From Candidatus Parcubacteria bacterium (GTDB lineage Bacteria > Patescibacteriota > Patescibacteriia > CAIXNZ01): a stretch of 64,000 nt of DNA. The stretch spans positions 81,519 to 145,518 of the forward strand of contig JAPLYG010000009.1 in the NCBI GenBank assembly GCA_026395685.1, written 5' to 3'. Positions 44,213-55,600 of the stretch are shown one piece after another (position 1 is the stretch's first letter; every line of letters begins with the position of its first letter). A program made the position numbers and the translations under genes. The notes below the pieces were generated by a model that saw only the letters and a list, made by a program, of their open reading frames with translations, did not search any database and was not told where the DNA came from.

Positions 44213-46144
44213 TTAAATAGGCAAATCTTCAACACCGGCTACCTTAGGAGTTACTTTACTTCCAGGAGCAACCTCCTTATTCCCCTGTAATTCAAATTCC
44301 CTTTTGGCAGCTTCAATCTCCAAAAGCTGACGGGGATCACTGGTAATAAGCTGGTCTTCAACATATGAGGCAACGACCTGAATAGCTGCGTGCTTGCGTC
44401 CGGCAAAGAAAATTCCTTCCCCTACCCCGCACTCCAAAAGCAGATATTTTTCACCTTCGGTAAGCACAAAAATTTGTTTAACCGTTTCAATCGAAGCGGG
44501 TGATTGTTTCAATAATAGCTGCATGGCTGAATTGGTTACAATTGCCTTGCCATAAGGATTGTTTAAAAAATCATTGACGTCCTGGGTAATAGTGGTGACT
44601 CCCAAATAATATTTGCGGCATCTTTTTACCAGGGCATAAATAAATTTTGCCGAATCTTCGCTTGTCATCAACCACCAAGCCTCGTCAATAACCATAATTC
44701 TTTTTTTTGTTATGGATCTGACAACATTCCAGATATAATTTACAATTGTATAAATTGCTATCGGCCTTAATTCGTCTTCCAAGTCTCGGACAGAAAACGC
44801 TACTAATTGATTGTTCATATCTACATTAGTCGGGGCATTAAACAAGCCGGAGAAAGTGCCGTCAGTATATTTTTTCAGACGGATACTCAATGATTCTGCC
44901 CCCAGCATACCAGATAAAATATTGTGCAAATCCTGCATGACCGGCACTTCTACTGTCGCTAAATCTGATTGCGGAGTAATATCTTTGCTGGCATAGGTCT
45001 CGATCAAAGCCCGATCCAGAATGGAATCTTCTTCCACGGTGAGCTTGCCCAGCATTAGGCGCAACAAGCCTTTTAAGGTAATAACCGCGCTGCGGATAAT
45101 ATCTTCGGTGGAGGCATCGCCGATTGATCTGGGCAAATCGAAAGGATTTATTTTATTTTTTGAAGACAAAGAAATATCGACAAAGGTGCCGCCGACTGCT
45201 TCAGTCAGGTGCAAATATTCTCTTTCCGGATCAATAATAATCACATCAGTTCCCAACATCAGGCTGCGTAAAACTTCTAATTTAACAGCGTAGCTTTTGC
45301 CGGCGCCTGAAGTGGCAAAAACCACAGCATTGGCATTTTGCATGGAAAAACGATCAAATAAAACCAAGCTGTTATTATGTCTGTTAATGCCGTATAAAAT
45401 ACCATCATCTGAGGTTAGCTCTGAAGAAATAAAGGGAAAAGAAGAAGCGCACGGTGACGTATTCATGTTAAAGGAAATCGTCAATTCATCATCGCAAAGC
45501 GGCAAAGTGGAATTGAAGCCCTGTTCTGACTGGTAAAAAACCTTGCGGCTATAAATCAGCTTACCGCCCAACATTGACTCGATTTCACTGGTTAGCTGAT
45601 CCATTTCTTCCTTGCTATTGGTATAAAACGTTATATAAAGGCCAAATTGAAAAAAATGCTCAATGCCCTGAGTCAGGTCATCCCTTAATTTTTCAATGTC
45701 TTTGATACCGGTTTCCAAAATCGGATCGCGGGGTGCGCCTTTTTCAACATCTGACATTAATTGCGCTTCCATATTGCCGACCCTCTTTTTTAGCTGCTTT
45801 AGGATAATATCAGCTTTGACAGGATAAAAATACATAGCCACATCCAAAGTCCTGCTCAAATTCACAATTGGCGTAAACCAGCCAACTGTTATATAGCGCG
45901 GATAATTAACCACAAATATGGTACGCACAAACTGATCTCCAAGCATTATCCAAAACGGCTTAACTTCAAAAGATGCCGGGGCAATCAAATCCTTCACTTC
46001 CACTAAGCCGCGGCGATAAATTTTCTCTTCCTGCAGAGTTACTGTTTCGGCCTTGCTTTTTACCGGCTCTTTTGGTCCTTTGCCTTTAAGCGGTACCGGC
46101 GACCGGGGGGCTGCTTGATTGAATTGACTGATATCAAGTGCCAT
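44213..46144 (-). CDS. virB4: VirB4/TraC-like type IV secretion ATPase
   Basis: Walker A ATSGAGKS, IIIDPEREY, INPFD, Walker B MVIDEAW and RKYYLGVTTITQ. Confidence 0.88.
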   Translation of the reverse strand: MALDISQFNQAAPRSPVPLKGKGPKEPVKSKAETVTLQEEKIYRRGLVEVKDLIAPASFEVKPFWIMLGDQFVRTIFVVNYPRYITVGWFTPIVNLSRTLDVAMYFYPVKADIILKQLKKRVGNMEAQLMSDVEKGAPRDPILETGIKDIEKLRDDLTQGIEHFFQFGLYITFYTNSKEEMDQLTSEIESMLGGKLIYSRKVFYQSEQGFNSTLPLCDDELTISFNMNTSPCASSFPFISSELTSDDGILYGINRHNNSLVLFDRFSMQNANAVVFATSGAGKSYAVKLEVLRSLMLGTDVIIIDPEREYLHLTEAVGGTFVDISLSSKNKINPFDLPRSIGDASTEDIIRSAVITLKGLLRLMLGKLTVEEDSILDRALIETYASKDITPQSDLATVEVPVMQDLHNILSGMLGAESLSIRLKKYTDGTFSGLFNAPTNVDMNNQLVAFSVRDLEDELRPIAIYTIVNYIWNVVRSITKKRIMVIDEAWWLMTSEDSAKFIYALVKRCRKYYLGVTTITQDVNDFLNNPYGKAIVTNSAMQLLLKQSPASIETVKQIFVLTEGEKYLLLECGVGEGIFFAGRKHAAIQVVASYVEDQLITSDPRQLLEIEAAKREFELQGNKEVAPGSKVTPKVAGVEDLPI

Positions 46145-46147
46145 AAA

Positions 46148-46801
46148 TTATCTTTCTAAATTAAACTGAGTTAAATCCTTAATTTTTTGATTTTGGCTGG
46201 TCGTCGGATTATAGCAATTATAATACAGCTCAATCAATCCCTGAGTGTCCAGTGCAACGCTGTCAATGCCCATAGACTGCAGATTGGATCGTATATTATT
46301 AACCCTGAGCATTAATTCTTCCTTATATTTGGAAAAAACTTCCTTTCTTACTTTAATGATTTCTACCGGAAAAAGAGTTTCCTGAACTCTAGTAAAAAAA
46401 GATCTTTGTTTCTTTGAACCGGCCGGATGAAAGGGCACTACTACAAAAAACTTTTTGGTCATTATTTCATTCATTTCAATCAGCTGGCCGATATAATCAA
46501 TATAACCGGCTATTTGATTCCTCAAAAGCTCATTTTGCTGCAATTTTTCCGCTTCTTTTAAACGGCGGATATAACCCTCAATGTCTAATTTGCGCGACTG
46601 AATTACAATCTGTAAAGGATGGTCCAGGGAATTCAAAAACTGCATATATGATGAAATCAAAGCATTTTGTTCATCCTCGCCTTTCAAGGCGAAATTAACA
46701 CTGGAGCACATCAAAACAGCTCTTAAGGTGCCGTCGTGCATGATTACTATATCATCGCGGAATTCGGCCATTTGTAAATATTTTTGTACGGGAGCTGGCA
46801 T
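46148..46801 (-). CDS. T4SS-associated protein (VirB4/TraC N-terminal-like)
   Basis: LRAVLMCSSVNFALKGEDEQNALISSYMQFLNSLDHPLQIVIQSR; lies between the PrgI-like and VirB4-like genes. Confidence 0.7.
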   Translation of the reverse strand: MPAPVQKYLQMAEFRDDIVIMHDGTLRAVLMCSSVNFALKGEDEQNALISSYMQFLNSLDHPLQIVIQSRKLDIEGYIRRLKEAEKLQQNELLRNQIAGYIDYIGQLIEMNEIMTKKFFVVVPFHPAGSKKQRSFFTRVQETLFPVEIIKVRKEVFSKYKEELMLRVNNIRSNLQSMGIDSVALDTQGLIELYYNCYNPTTSQNQKIKDLTQFNLER

Positions 46802-46835
46802 ATTTTATATTATTATAAAAGTCAAAATTCAATAA

Positions 46836-47261
46836 TTATTCTTCTTCCTGATACGCACCGCCGGTATTAATGATCAAGCTTAAGGATGAAAGACGGGAGG
46901 TAACAAGCGGCGGTTTGATAATAAATTCTTTTTTCACTTCCATCTTCTCCGCTTTGACCACAGCCCGGGGCTCTACTTTTTTCCAAATTCGCATCTTAGG
47001 CTTTTTCAGAGTCTGCAGCAAATTAAGAAAAAAATAATGCATCGGCATGCCATTTATTTTAAAAAAAGCGATTAATAAAAATATTAAGGTAATTATAAGA
47101 GCAGATACAATAAAATAAGTAAAATTCATCGTCTTATACAATATAAAATCAATCATGGCGCAGACCATCATAATTAAAAACTGCCTAGTGGTAACCGGGC
47201 CGATAATTTTTGTTTCAATATCAATAAATTGGGGGACCAAAAATGGTCCAAGCATTGACAT
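46836..47261 (-). CDS. PrgI family (VirB3-like) membrane protein
   Basis: VPQFIDIETKIIGPVTTRQF followed by two TM helices and FFKINGMP. Confidence 0.85.
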   Translation of the reverse strand: MSMLGPFLVPQFIDIETKIIGPVTTRQFLIMMVCAMIDFILYKTMNFTYFIVSALIITLIFLLIAFFKINGMPMHYFFLNLLQTLKKPKMRIWKKVEPRAVVKAEKMEVKKEFIIKPPLVTSRLSSLSLIINTGGAYQEEE

Positions 47262-47319
47262 AATTTATAAAGGCTAAAGGCTTAATTTTAAATTTAAAAT
47301 TAAAAATTTAAAATTATCA

Positions 47320-48540
47320 TCAATATTTAAGACTCTTATTCAGTTCCATGATTGCCTTGAATTCAACCAAAGTCAAATCCCCCCGTTCCTTGATAACCTG
47401 TTCAAAAGACTTGCCCTCCAAAAGGGATTTATTCATGATCTCCGCATAAACCTTGTATAAAGGGCTGGATTTCAGAGCTAAAACTCCCTGAGAGCGCTTA
47501 ACCACTGATTCGCCTTCTAATATTTCCAGCTTATCGGCAATTTTCTGAACTGCTTGAATCGGATCTTTGGACAAACGGCGAAAATCAGTCAAAGTCAAAG
47601 CTGCTAATTCATCAACGGGACCATACAATTTCGGCTCAAACTTGACGTCTGAAAACTGGGGCCTGCTTTTGGGTTCATTTCTCTTAACCATCGGCTGATT
47701 CACGGGCATAACTGGCTGTATTGGCTCAGGAGCTCTGGTTATGGCGGGAGAAGCCAGCGGCGCTTGAGTATTTGCCTGCGGCGCCGGCAATTCTTTTTGA
47801 CTTTGTAGAAAATCTTCTTCTTCCATGATTTCTTCGACCAGGTCAGGCTGTGCTTGCCGAAGAGGAGCCGCTGTTTTTCCCAAAGACAGTCCTCTTTCTT
47901 TAAGTAAATCTTCAATATTAGTTTCTTGTTTTGGCGCTATCTGTTCCAAAAGATCAAAAGACTTTTTCGGCTTGGCCGCCACATCAATTTCCTGTTCACT
48001 GACATTGCTAACCGGCTGGACTGTCTGCTGTTTTAAATCAATTCCTCTTTTTTGCCAGTCTGCTTTTTTGATACGCAGAATTTGCAGCAGCTTTTCAACA
48101 GCTTCCAGGCCAAGTCCGACACCGCCGATTTTTTCAGATTTCAAAAGTGAATCTTTAAATTCAATTTCATCGCGGATATCCTGCAGATATGAAAGGATCA
48201 GCTTAACCAGGCGATCAGTCATTATTTCATCCGGGTAAATATCGGACTGAGCTATCAATGCCTTTATTTCCGTCTGCAAATCAAAATTCATTGCCTGCTG
48301 GCTTTTTAATTCTTCCAGCAAAGAGGCCTTATCCTTTTCCGGCAGAAGATTCATTTCCACTGACAAATCAATGGCAGCATCAATATCCATATTCAAAACC
48401 TTATGCAGGCTATAGCCGACTTTTTTTGCTTCGACTTCGCCTGAAAGAGCCGTCTGTGCCAGCTGGCTAAAAGTCCCCACATCCTGAATATTATATTTTT
48501 TTACTAATTCTGAAAAAATGTTTGAATTCATAATCTGCAT
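47320..48540 (-). CDS. Hypothetical cytoplasmic protein in the T4SS-like operon
   Basis: 406-aa ORF; C-terminal KLYGPVDELAALTLTDFRRLS domain. Confidence 0.7.
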   Translation of the reverse strand: MQIMNSNIFSELVKKYNIQDVGTFSQLAQTALSGEVEAKKVGYSLHKVLNMDIDAAIDLSVEMNLLPEKDKASLLEELKSQQAMNFDLQTEIKALIAQSDIYPDEIMTDRLVKLILSYLQDIRDEIEFKDSLLKSEKIGGVGLGLEAVEKLLQILRIKKADWQKRGIDLKQQTVQPVSNVSEQEIDVAAKPKKSFDLLEQIAPKQETNIEDLLKERGLSLGKTAAPLRQAQPDLVEEIMEEEDFLQSQKELPAPQANTQAPLASPAITRAPEPIQPVMPVNQPMVKRNEPKSRPQFSDVKFEPKLYGPVDELAALTLTDFRRLSKDPIQAVQKIADKLEILEGESVVKRSQGVLALKSSPLYKVYAEIMNKSLLEGKSFEQVIKERGDLTLVEFKAIMELNKSLKY

Positions 48541-48565
48541 TAATTTAAAGAGGAAATTAAATGGG

Positions 48566-51500
48566 CTAAGTTTTTTCCAAAGACTTTACATTAGAGGCAA
48601 TATCAGTCAAAGAGCGCCTGACTCTGTCCTTGTCCTGTATCGCCAGCGGATTAGTCTGGATCTCCCGGACTAAATTGGTCATGGAATCTCGCAGTTTATT
48701 AGCCACTGACTGGTCAAATCTCGCACCCAAGCTTTCCTCCATCTTTTTGAGTCCGCTATCAAGATTTTCCTGCATTCTTTTCACTCCCCTCAAAAGCAAA
48801 TCATTGGTAGCAGCACCATCAACGGCCGTAGTACCGGCCTTTATAAAATTATTATAATAATTAGAAACATTTACTGTCGTGGTAGTAGAACTAGGTGCTG
48901 CCTCCGGTCTTGGAGCTGGAGCAGGAGCTGGAGCTGGCGCAGGTGCTGGTTCAGCAGTTCCTGCTGGCGCAGGTGCTGCGGGTTTTGGCTTAGGTGCTGG
49001 AGGAGGAGTTCCTGCTGGCGGAGGAGTCCCTGCTGGCGGTGGTGTAACTGGTGGCTCTTCCTCTTCCTCAGGTTCCTCTTCAGCTGATATATCTACATCT
49101 TTATCTCCTCTTTTTCTGGGAATAGCAAACTTATAGAAGCCAATACCTTGGGCTCGGCTCAAAATACCATACATTTGTCCGCGCTGTCCCTTTAGGTCTT
49201 TACCCTTCAACTCTTCTAATTCTCCAATTAATTCCTCAAGCTTATCAATCTCCATAAATTCAGGAGAATAACCGGCAGTTTCAACTTCTTCCCTGATAGA
49301 ATATGCCAACGCCTCTAACCCTGCCTGAGCACTGGTAATTTTATCAGGAGTAGCTTGACCACTATTAACCTTGGCCAAAAGTCTTTTCAATCTGTCAGAA
49401 ACTTTGCTTTCAGAAGTATTCTTAATCTCACGCTGGTTAATGACATCTCCGCCATGCTCAACATAATCCGCATTGATTTCATCAAAATTTTCTATCTGTC
49501 CGACTTCTGTTGTAGCCATTTTCTTCATACTGCGGGAAACTATTTCTTGTGCCTGTTGCGGAGGTACACCTTTAACTGATTCTAATAAATCCGGCATTTC
49601 TTTTTCCATTTTACTAATAACTTCAGCTGCATTTCGTTCTTGCGGAGTAACTGCTTTGCCCTCACGCATCTTATCCTTAATGCCTCTATAATCATAAAGC
49701 GAGTATTCTTCGCCTTTAATCTTAAATTTCTTTCTTTGTCCGCTTTGATTAAAGAAGATAACTTCAGCCATTTCCTTGCTGGTTTCTCCAGTGACAATAT
49801 CATGGCCAGTACCCTGGACATATTTACCGCCACTAGTCTTATAGCCTTCCTGCAAAGCCTGCATATTTTCCGTGGAATACAACTCTTTATGCATCAAATC
49901 CATCTGCTCTACTTTGCCTTTAATAAACTTATCTCTTGCCTCACCGGTTAAACCTTTTTTGCCTGCTTCTTCTTCAGCATATTTCCTTCTGCCTGCTTCA
50001 TCCTTAGAAGCTGTAATATAGTGCAGCTGCATATCTTCTTCCTTATCCTTAATGAATTTCTTTTTTTCTTCCGGAGTAGTTATTCTGCCTTCTTTTTCCT
50101 CTTTATCTGCTAAATCTGCTACGAGCTTCTTCCTCTCAGCGTCTGTTCCTGTTATCACTTTAATCAGATCACCGGTTGCTTTCTTGCCATTTTTCAGACC
50201 CTGTTCGCCAGACTGCTTCATGCGACCGGCATTTTTTGACAGACCCATCCACAACGCCATTTTTTGCGCAATATTTCCTTCAGCCAGACTTCCTGCCTGC
50301 TTATTATTCATCGCCTTAGTTACCTTTGAAGTATCAGCTGCAGCCGCACTCTTCATCGTGTCTTTAGCTTTTTGGATTTCACCTGCCGTACCAGCCTGCA
50401 CCAGTTGAAATTCATTGGTTTCAGGATTTCTGACTACAGCTGAAACAGATATGCGGTAACCGGTTTTTTCCTCATGTTTATCCTCCCATTTTTTTGATAA
50501 TGCTTCCATATTGGCAACACCTCCTTTAGCTGATTTTTCCAGATCAATTACTTTCTTGCCGGTGGTTTCATCTGTTTTTGTTTTAATACCATAATGTTCA
50601 AAAACACCCAAGTCTAAAGCTTTCTGCATATCATTATCATCAATTAAACCCTGCTCACCTTTGAGATTTAAAAGCGCCAGAAAACGATCGCCGGTAGCAG
50701 TTTTCATCCGCTCGTTAAGTATTTTCGGATCTTTATCTGAACCAACCAGGCGTTCTTGTTTTTCATAATTCTCAATTTCTTTTTGTCTTTGTTCCACCAA
50801 AGCGCCCGGCTTGCCGCCGATCCATTTTTCTACTTGGGCAGTCGAACGCTCTCCCAGAGTTTCACGTCCTTTTTTGGTGGCTACCAGACGAATACCTTTG
50901 GAAATAGCGCCAGAGATGCCACCGCCACGTTCTACTCTTTCTAATCCTTCCTTAGCTGTTAAGCCGGCATATTGTCCGACTTTTCCGGCTGACCATTTGG
51001 CTGTGCGCTCCATTCTGCCCAAAGTCGCATCCTGGATCTTGCCTGCTGCTTTGCCTGCATAGCTGGCGCCCAAAACTTTCATTTCAGAAGTAAATTTCAA
51101 ACCGGCGACCAGCATAATAATGCCCAGCATGTACTTGATAACATAATCCAGACGCCCGGCTTTGGAATTCGCCACTGCATCATCCAGATTTGCCTGTCCC
51201 AGTCCGCCTTCACTGACCTTGGCCAGTTCCGTGGCATACATTACCGTATAATTATTGTTCAGTGTCAGAATTGAAATCCATAAAAAGAAAGCTAAAAGCG
51301 GCCCAACCAGGCAGTATTCTATAAAACTGTTTAACCAACGGCTGCCATAACCTCCGATTCTGCCGCTGACTCCGGTAAAAGCCATAGAAGCAAAGGCAAG
51401 CGGTGAAAAAACAACCAAAACCCAAAGGACAATTATTCTAAAAATTAAAATAATCAGAAAGATCGCGACCACAATCAAGGCGACGACCACATACATGAGC

Positions 51501-52606
51501 CCCAGTAATTTGGAAGAAATCAGCTGGAAGCTGGTTAAGCCTTCATTATTGGTAATCGGATCCCAGATATCGCGCATGCCTAACCCTTTAAATAAGTTCT
51601 CCCCGAGGATATCTTTATAAGCATTAACAAAAGTAAACATCACAACCTGAGACAGGTCGATGATCAGCCCGCAAATTGTACGGGAAAAATTAACCACCAC
51701 GGCCATGATCAGCAGTTTCGGCAAAAGCTTCTGCCACTGGTATCTTTCAATTTTCAGCACCGTAACAAAAGCCACAAAAAGCAAAGCCAGCACGAAAAAC
51801 ATATTGACCAGATCGCGCAAAACAATCCACCCCTGAATAACATAATATGAATTGATAAAATGATTAAATTTACTGACATTAACCACAAGCTCAAAAAATG
51901 CCACTAAAAGTTTGCCCAAAAGGCCGATAACTATATTTATAATAAAAGCCAGCACCTGGATTACAGCATTTGCCTCCTTGTTCCCCTCCTGGGATGTTTG
52001 CCCGTCACCGGTGCCTGTTGATGCAGGCGCAGGCGTCTCAGTCGCTGGGCTAACTTTAGGCTTACAGCAAATTGGCGCAGCCGCCTCACTACAATCCATT
52101 ACCGGAATCTCATCTTCAGTAGTCGTATCACAGCTAGGGCCGGGGCTACAATTGCCTCCTGCTGCAGCACATGCTGTTCCCGGAGCTGTCGGCGCTAAAG
52201 GCGCTGCCGTAGGTTTACAACAAACAGGAGTAGCCCCACTACATTCTGAGCCAGGAGCAAGAGTATCAGGACCAAGACAACCGCCATTAATTACACACGT
52301 GCCATTTTCAGTTGCTGTGCCTGTAGGTGTCTTGCCAGTACAGGGGGTAGCTGCCGGAGCTGCGCAACAAAAAGTCTCAGTGGCTGCACAAGCAGTCATG
52401 CCGGCAGGTACTGTGGTAATAGTCAAATTACTGGGAGTACACACACTTGCAGAACAAGTACCATTTTTCGGTATACCAGCCAAAGTACCATTGCAACTTG
52501 CAGCCAGCACCGGGCTTGCTACAAACAGAAGCAAACCCAGCCCCAGTGTCAGACCAGTCAGGAAAAGGAATGTTAATTTGTTTTTAAGAAAAGATAACAT
52601 CACCAT
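48566..52606 (-). CDS. VirB6/TrbL-like polytopic protein with N-terminal Cys-rich modules and a long C-terminal tail
   Basis: Signal peptide, three six-Cys modules, TM core GWIVLRDLVNMFFVLALL...RIIVLWVLVVFSPLAF, charged tail, Pro-Ala repeats. Confidence 0.75.
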   Translation of the reverse strand: MVMLSFLKNKLTFLFLTGLTLGLGLLLFVASPVLAASCNGTLAGIPKNGTCSASVCTPSNLTITTVPAGMTACAATETFCCAAPAATPCTGKTPTGTATENGTCVINGGCLGPDTLAPGSECSGATPVCCKPTAAPLAPTAPGTACAAAGGNCSPGPSCDTTTEDEIPVMDCSEAAAPICCKPKVSPATETPAPASTGTGDGQTSQEGNKEANAVIQVLAFIINIVIGLLGKLLVAFFELVVNVSKFNHFINSYYVIQGWIVLRDLVNMFFVLALLFVAFVTVLKIERYQWQKLLPKLLIMAVVVNFSRTICGLIIDLSQVVMFTFVNAYKDILGENLFKGLGMRDIWDPITNNEGLTSFQLISSKLLGLMYVVVALIVVAIFLIILIFRIIVLWVLVVFSPLAFASMAFTGVSGRIGGYGSRWLNSFIEYCLVGPLLAFFLWISILTLNNNYTVMYATELAKVSEGGLGQANLDDAVANSKAGRLDYVIKYMLGIIMLVAGLKFTSEMKVLGASYAGKAAGKIQDATLGRMERTAKWSAGKVGQYAGLTAKEGLERVERGGGISGAISKGIRLVATKKGRETLGERSTAQVEKWIGGKPGALVEQRQKEIENYEKQERLVGSDKDPKILNERMKTATGDRFLALLNLKGEQGLIDDNDMQKALDLGVFEHYGIKTKTDETTGKKVIDLEKSAKGGVANMEALSKKWEDKHEEKTGYRISVSAVVRNPETNEFQLVQAGTAGEIQKAKDTMKSAAAADTSKVTKAMNNKQAGSLAEGNIAQKMALWMGLSKNAGRMKQSGEQGLKNGKKATGDLIKVITGTDAERKKLVADLADKEEKEGRITTPEEKKKFIKDKEEDMQLHYITASKDEAGRRKYAEEEAGKKGLTGEARDKFIKGKVEQMDLMHKELYSTENMQALQEGYKTSGGKYVQGTGHDIVTGETSKEMAEVIFFNQSGQRKKFKIKGEEYSLYDYRGIKDKMREGKAVTPQERNAAEVISKMEKEMPDLLESVKGVPPQQAQEIVSRSMKKMATTEVGQIENFDEINADYVEHGGDVINQREIKNTSESKVSDRLKRLLAKVNSGQATPDKITSAQAGLEALAYSIREEVETAGYSPEFMEIDKLEELIGELEELKGKDLKGQRGQMYGILSRAQGIGFYKFAIPRKRGDKDVDISAEEEPEEEEEPPVTPPPAGTPPPAGTPPPAPKPKPAAPAPAGTAEPAPAPAPAPAPAPRPEAAPSSTTTTVNVSNYYNNFIKAGTTAVDGAATNDLLLRGVKRMQENLDSGLKKMEESLGARFDQSVANKLRDSMTNLVREIQTNPLAIQDKDRVRRSLTDIASNVKSLEKT

Positions 52607-52612
52607 AATTTA

Positions 52613-55600
52613 TTAATTGCACATAGAACCCTCGCAGCGGGAACCTGGGTTTAATGGATTCGGAATATTACACATATGGCAGTCAGGATTAAACTGTGTC
52701 GGCATACAGAAAGGCAACCAGGTATTACTATAAGTATAAGCAACCATTTTACACTTGGAATCTGCCACACAAGGAGCAGCCTCATCATATTCTTCACAGC
52801 CCAAAGTATCCTCTTTTATAATACAACCCATTGCATAAGTGCCAGCTGCCCAATGCTTACCCCAAAAACACTTAGGATCACGGGAACAAAGGAATCTGGT
52901 AGTCCATTTAGCACAGCCTGAAGAATCAAATCTGTCAACGCAAATACCGGTGGTCCAAGAGCAAAGGCCTAAAGTAGCATCACAATCTGCTTGAGATGTA
53001 TTCACGGAGCAATCTGTCCTACTGACACATGCAGGAGCCTTGGGCTCACAGCCAAATTGGTTTAGGCAACCAAACCATTGCTGATCAAGATTAATTTTAT
53101 AATCGCAGGTTGTTTTTGGCTCACAAAAATCTCCAAGAGTTGCTGCTGGAGTTGCTGTTGGAGCCTTCCAGTTACAAGCATCATTAGCTTGACAGGCACT
53201 CTTAAGCTGAATCGTTGTACAAAGATTCACGCATTGCTGATTGGGAAAATCCCAATAACAGCCATCATTGCCTGCTTCATTGCAGGTATCCTCGCTATAT
53301 TTTGTTTCACACGCAGAGGTGCAGAGATAATCTTCTCCGACCTCGCAGGTTGAACTATTTTTACATGCATTACTGGTTAATGGGGTTATATCTGATTTAC
53401 AGCAGACGCTGCCATAAGCAGTACATTGGATTCCCGGAGATAAAATATCTGTTTCCGCACAACTGCCAGAAGCCTGGCACTGGCCATTTATATAGGTATA
53501 ACCCGGATCGCCGACAGCTACTCCTGAACATAGCTGTGCAGTTACCAGCCCGGTAGTAGACATTTCTATACATTTATTTTCACATTTTAAATCTTGCTCA
53601 TTCCAGGAACAGTTTGTATTGCAACCAGCTGGATCTAAAATCAAATTGCAGGTATCACGGCAAACATCAGGCCGCCACTGACAAAATTTATCATCATTAC
53701 AAACTTTGGCATTAGGATTTGGAAGACAGCATATTGGAAAGTTATTATTCGGACATTTATTATCTACTGGAAACTCGTTAGATCCGCACTTACCCAGATT
53801 TTTTCTGCAGATACCGCCTGCATCTTTACAGGTTCCTACCGGAAGACTTTGTACTGCTGCCGGATATTTCTTATCGCACTGTAAATTACAGCTCCACCTC
53901 CAGCGATCTTTATCTGCCCAATAAGCATTCCAGGAGCAGTAATCTGCTTTTTGAGTCATACAAATCTCGCCTCTGGGGCCATGAGAATCAATATTTGTCG
54001 TACCCAAACCGCTATATCTATAAGTACAAATATCTTCCATGCAATAATGATTGAAATAGCTGCAATAAGTGGCAAGCGACTCACAGTCTTTTTGCTTTGT
54101 AGCTTCAGTGGCATTAATATTTGGCGTCGTAAGACTGCAAATATTGAAAAGGCAGGTAGCTGTGGCCTCATCCCAGGTACACATATCCTGGCCTGACTCA
54201 GTTACATCTTTTTCGCAATCTGTCTTATTCTTATGATAATCACACACATTTTTTATACATTGGCCGTTGTTCCACGCACAATAAGGCAGAAGTTCACACT
54301 TAGTTTTATTTTTCAGCAAGCCGCATTCGTCAATTTTAAAAGGAAAGTAAGTTAAACAAGCATTGGCGCCTTCACGATAAATTCCCCCATACAAGGGATT
54401 CAATAAATCATATTCCAGGCAACGGCCCTGAAAACCTAAATTTGTTTTAATGGTTTCAACAGCGCTGCATTGTCCGATGATTTTTTCATCAGTATTTTCC
54501 TCACTCAAAGGAATAACGCATTGGGGATTATTTTTTGTAACCCCCTGGCATAAGCGTCCCTCAACTGCTTTGTTGCCGGTACAAATTTGAGGCTTATTGT
54601 TTGATTCGCTTATAATTTTATTTAAAAATCCATAAGGAAAATAAGTAATGGTTCCTGTTGCTTCAGCCTTGTCATAATTACACCCGTCGGCAATATTTTT
54701 TAGGGTTAAAGTAGGACTAAAAAGATTAACCACCTTGCTATACTTGCTCAGCCGGGAAATATCATAAGGCAAAGGAGAATCTTCTTCCGGAAATATTTTG
54801 CAGACCGGGCTGATAAATCTTTGATCTGGTTCGGCAATGGGATCAACACTGGTATATTCCACGGGATACTTGGCAAACAAATATCCGTCATTAATTTCCA
54901 CTTCAACCGGATAGCGGTCAGGAATAGTATAACCGGAGTAATCTCCCAACTCCCAGCGTTTAATCGCATCATCCATGCCGGTTCCGCTTCCTGCAAATCT
55001 GGTAACATATGTGGCGCGGGTAATTTTTAATGGAGCCGAAGGTGTGGCTTTTGTATACCTGACTCCGTCAAAATTTGAGTGAATTAGAGGATCAGTATTA
55101 CCGGTATTTATTGTCTTGCTTATTTCCGTTGTCCCTTCAGAATTATAGGTAATAACCTGAGTCTGTCTGCAATTGCCTAGTCTGTCAGTTTCTGAACAGA
55201 TCACCCATTCTCCGCAGTCACGATCTTTGCTGACTTTTATAGTCTCAATATTATTATTACTGGTCTGATTTTTAAAAGCGACACAGCCTTTATTCCAATC
55301 AACGCTGGAACATGATGAACGGTCAATATTATTGCCGTTGTCAATTACATGATAAATCTGGCCGGAAGATTGATCCTGATTGATTGTCTGGAAACTGGAA
55401 CACCCGCTATATGCGCTCTGGCACTCACCGGTATAATTTATATACCCAGTATCAGTAACCTTAAGAATGCCAAAAGGATTGGCCACGCAAAGCCCTGCTC
55501 CTGAAGAAAGCCAGATGCCATGCTGATTTTCGCAATCAGCCTGACCTGTAGCTGACATGCCCTTACCGCACTGTTTCAAATCACCCACCCAGATACCGCC

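Noticed and set aside
48895-49080. GC-rich tandem repeats suggestive of a CRISPR array or VNTR
   Set aside because: They encode a Pro-Ala-Gly-Thr linker in the VirB6-like protein; there are no unique spacers and no cas genes.
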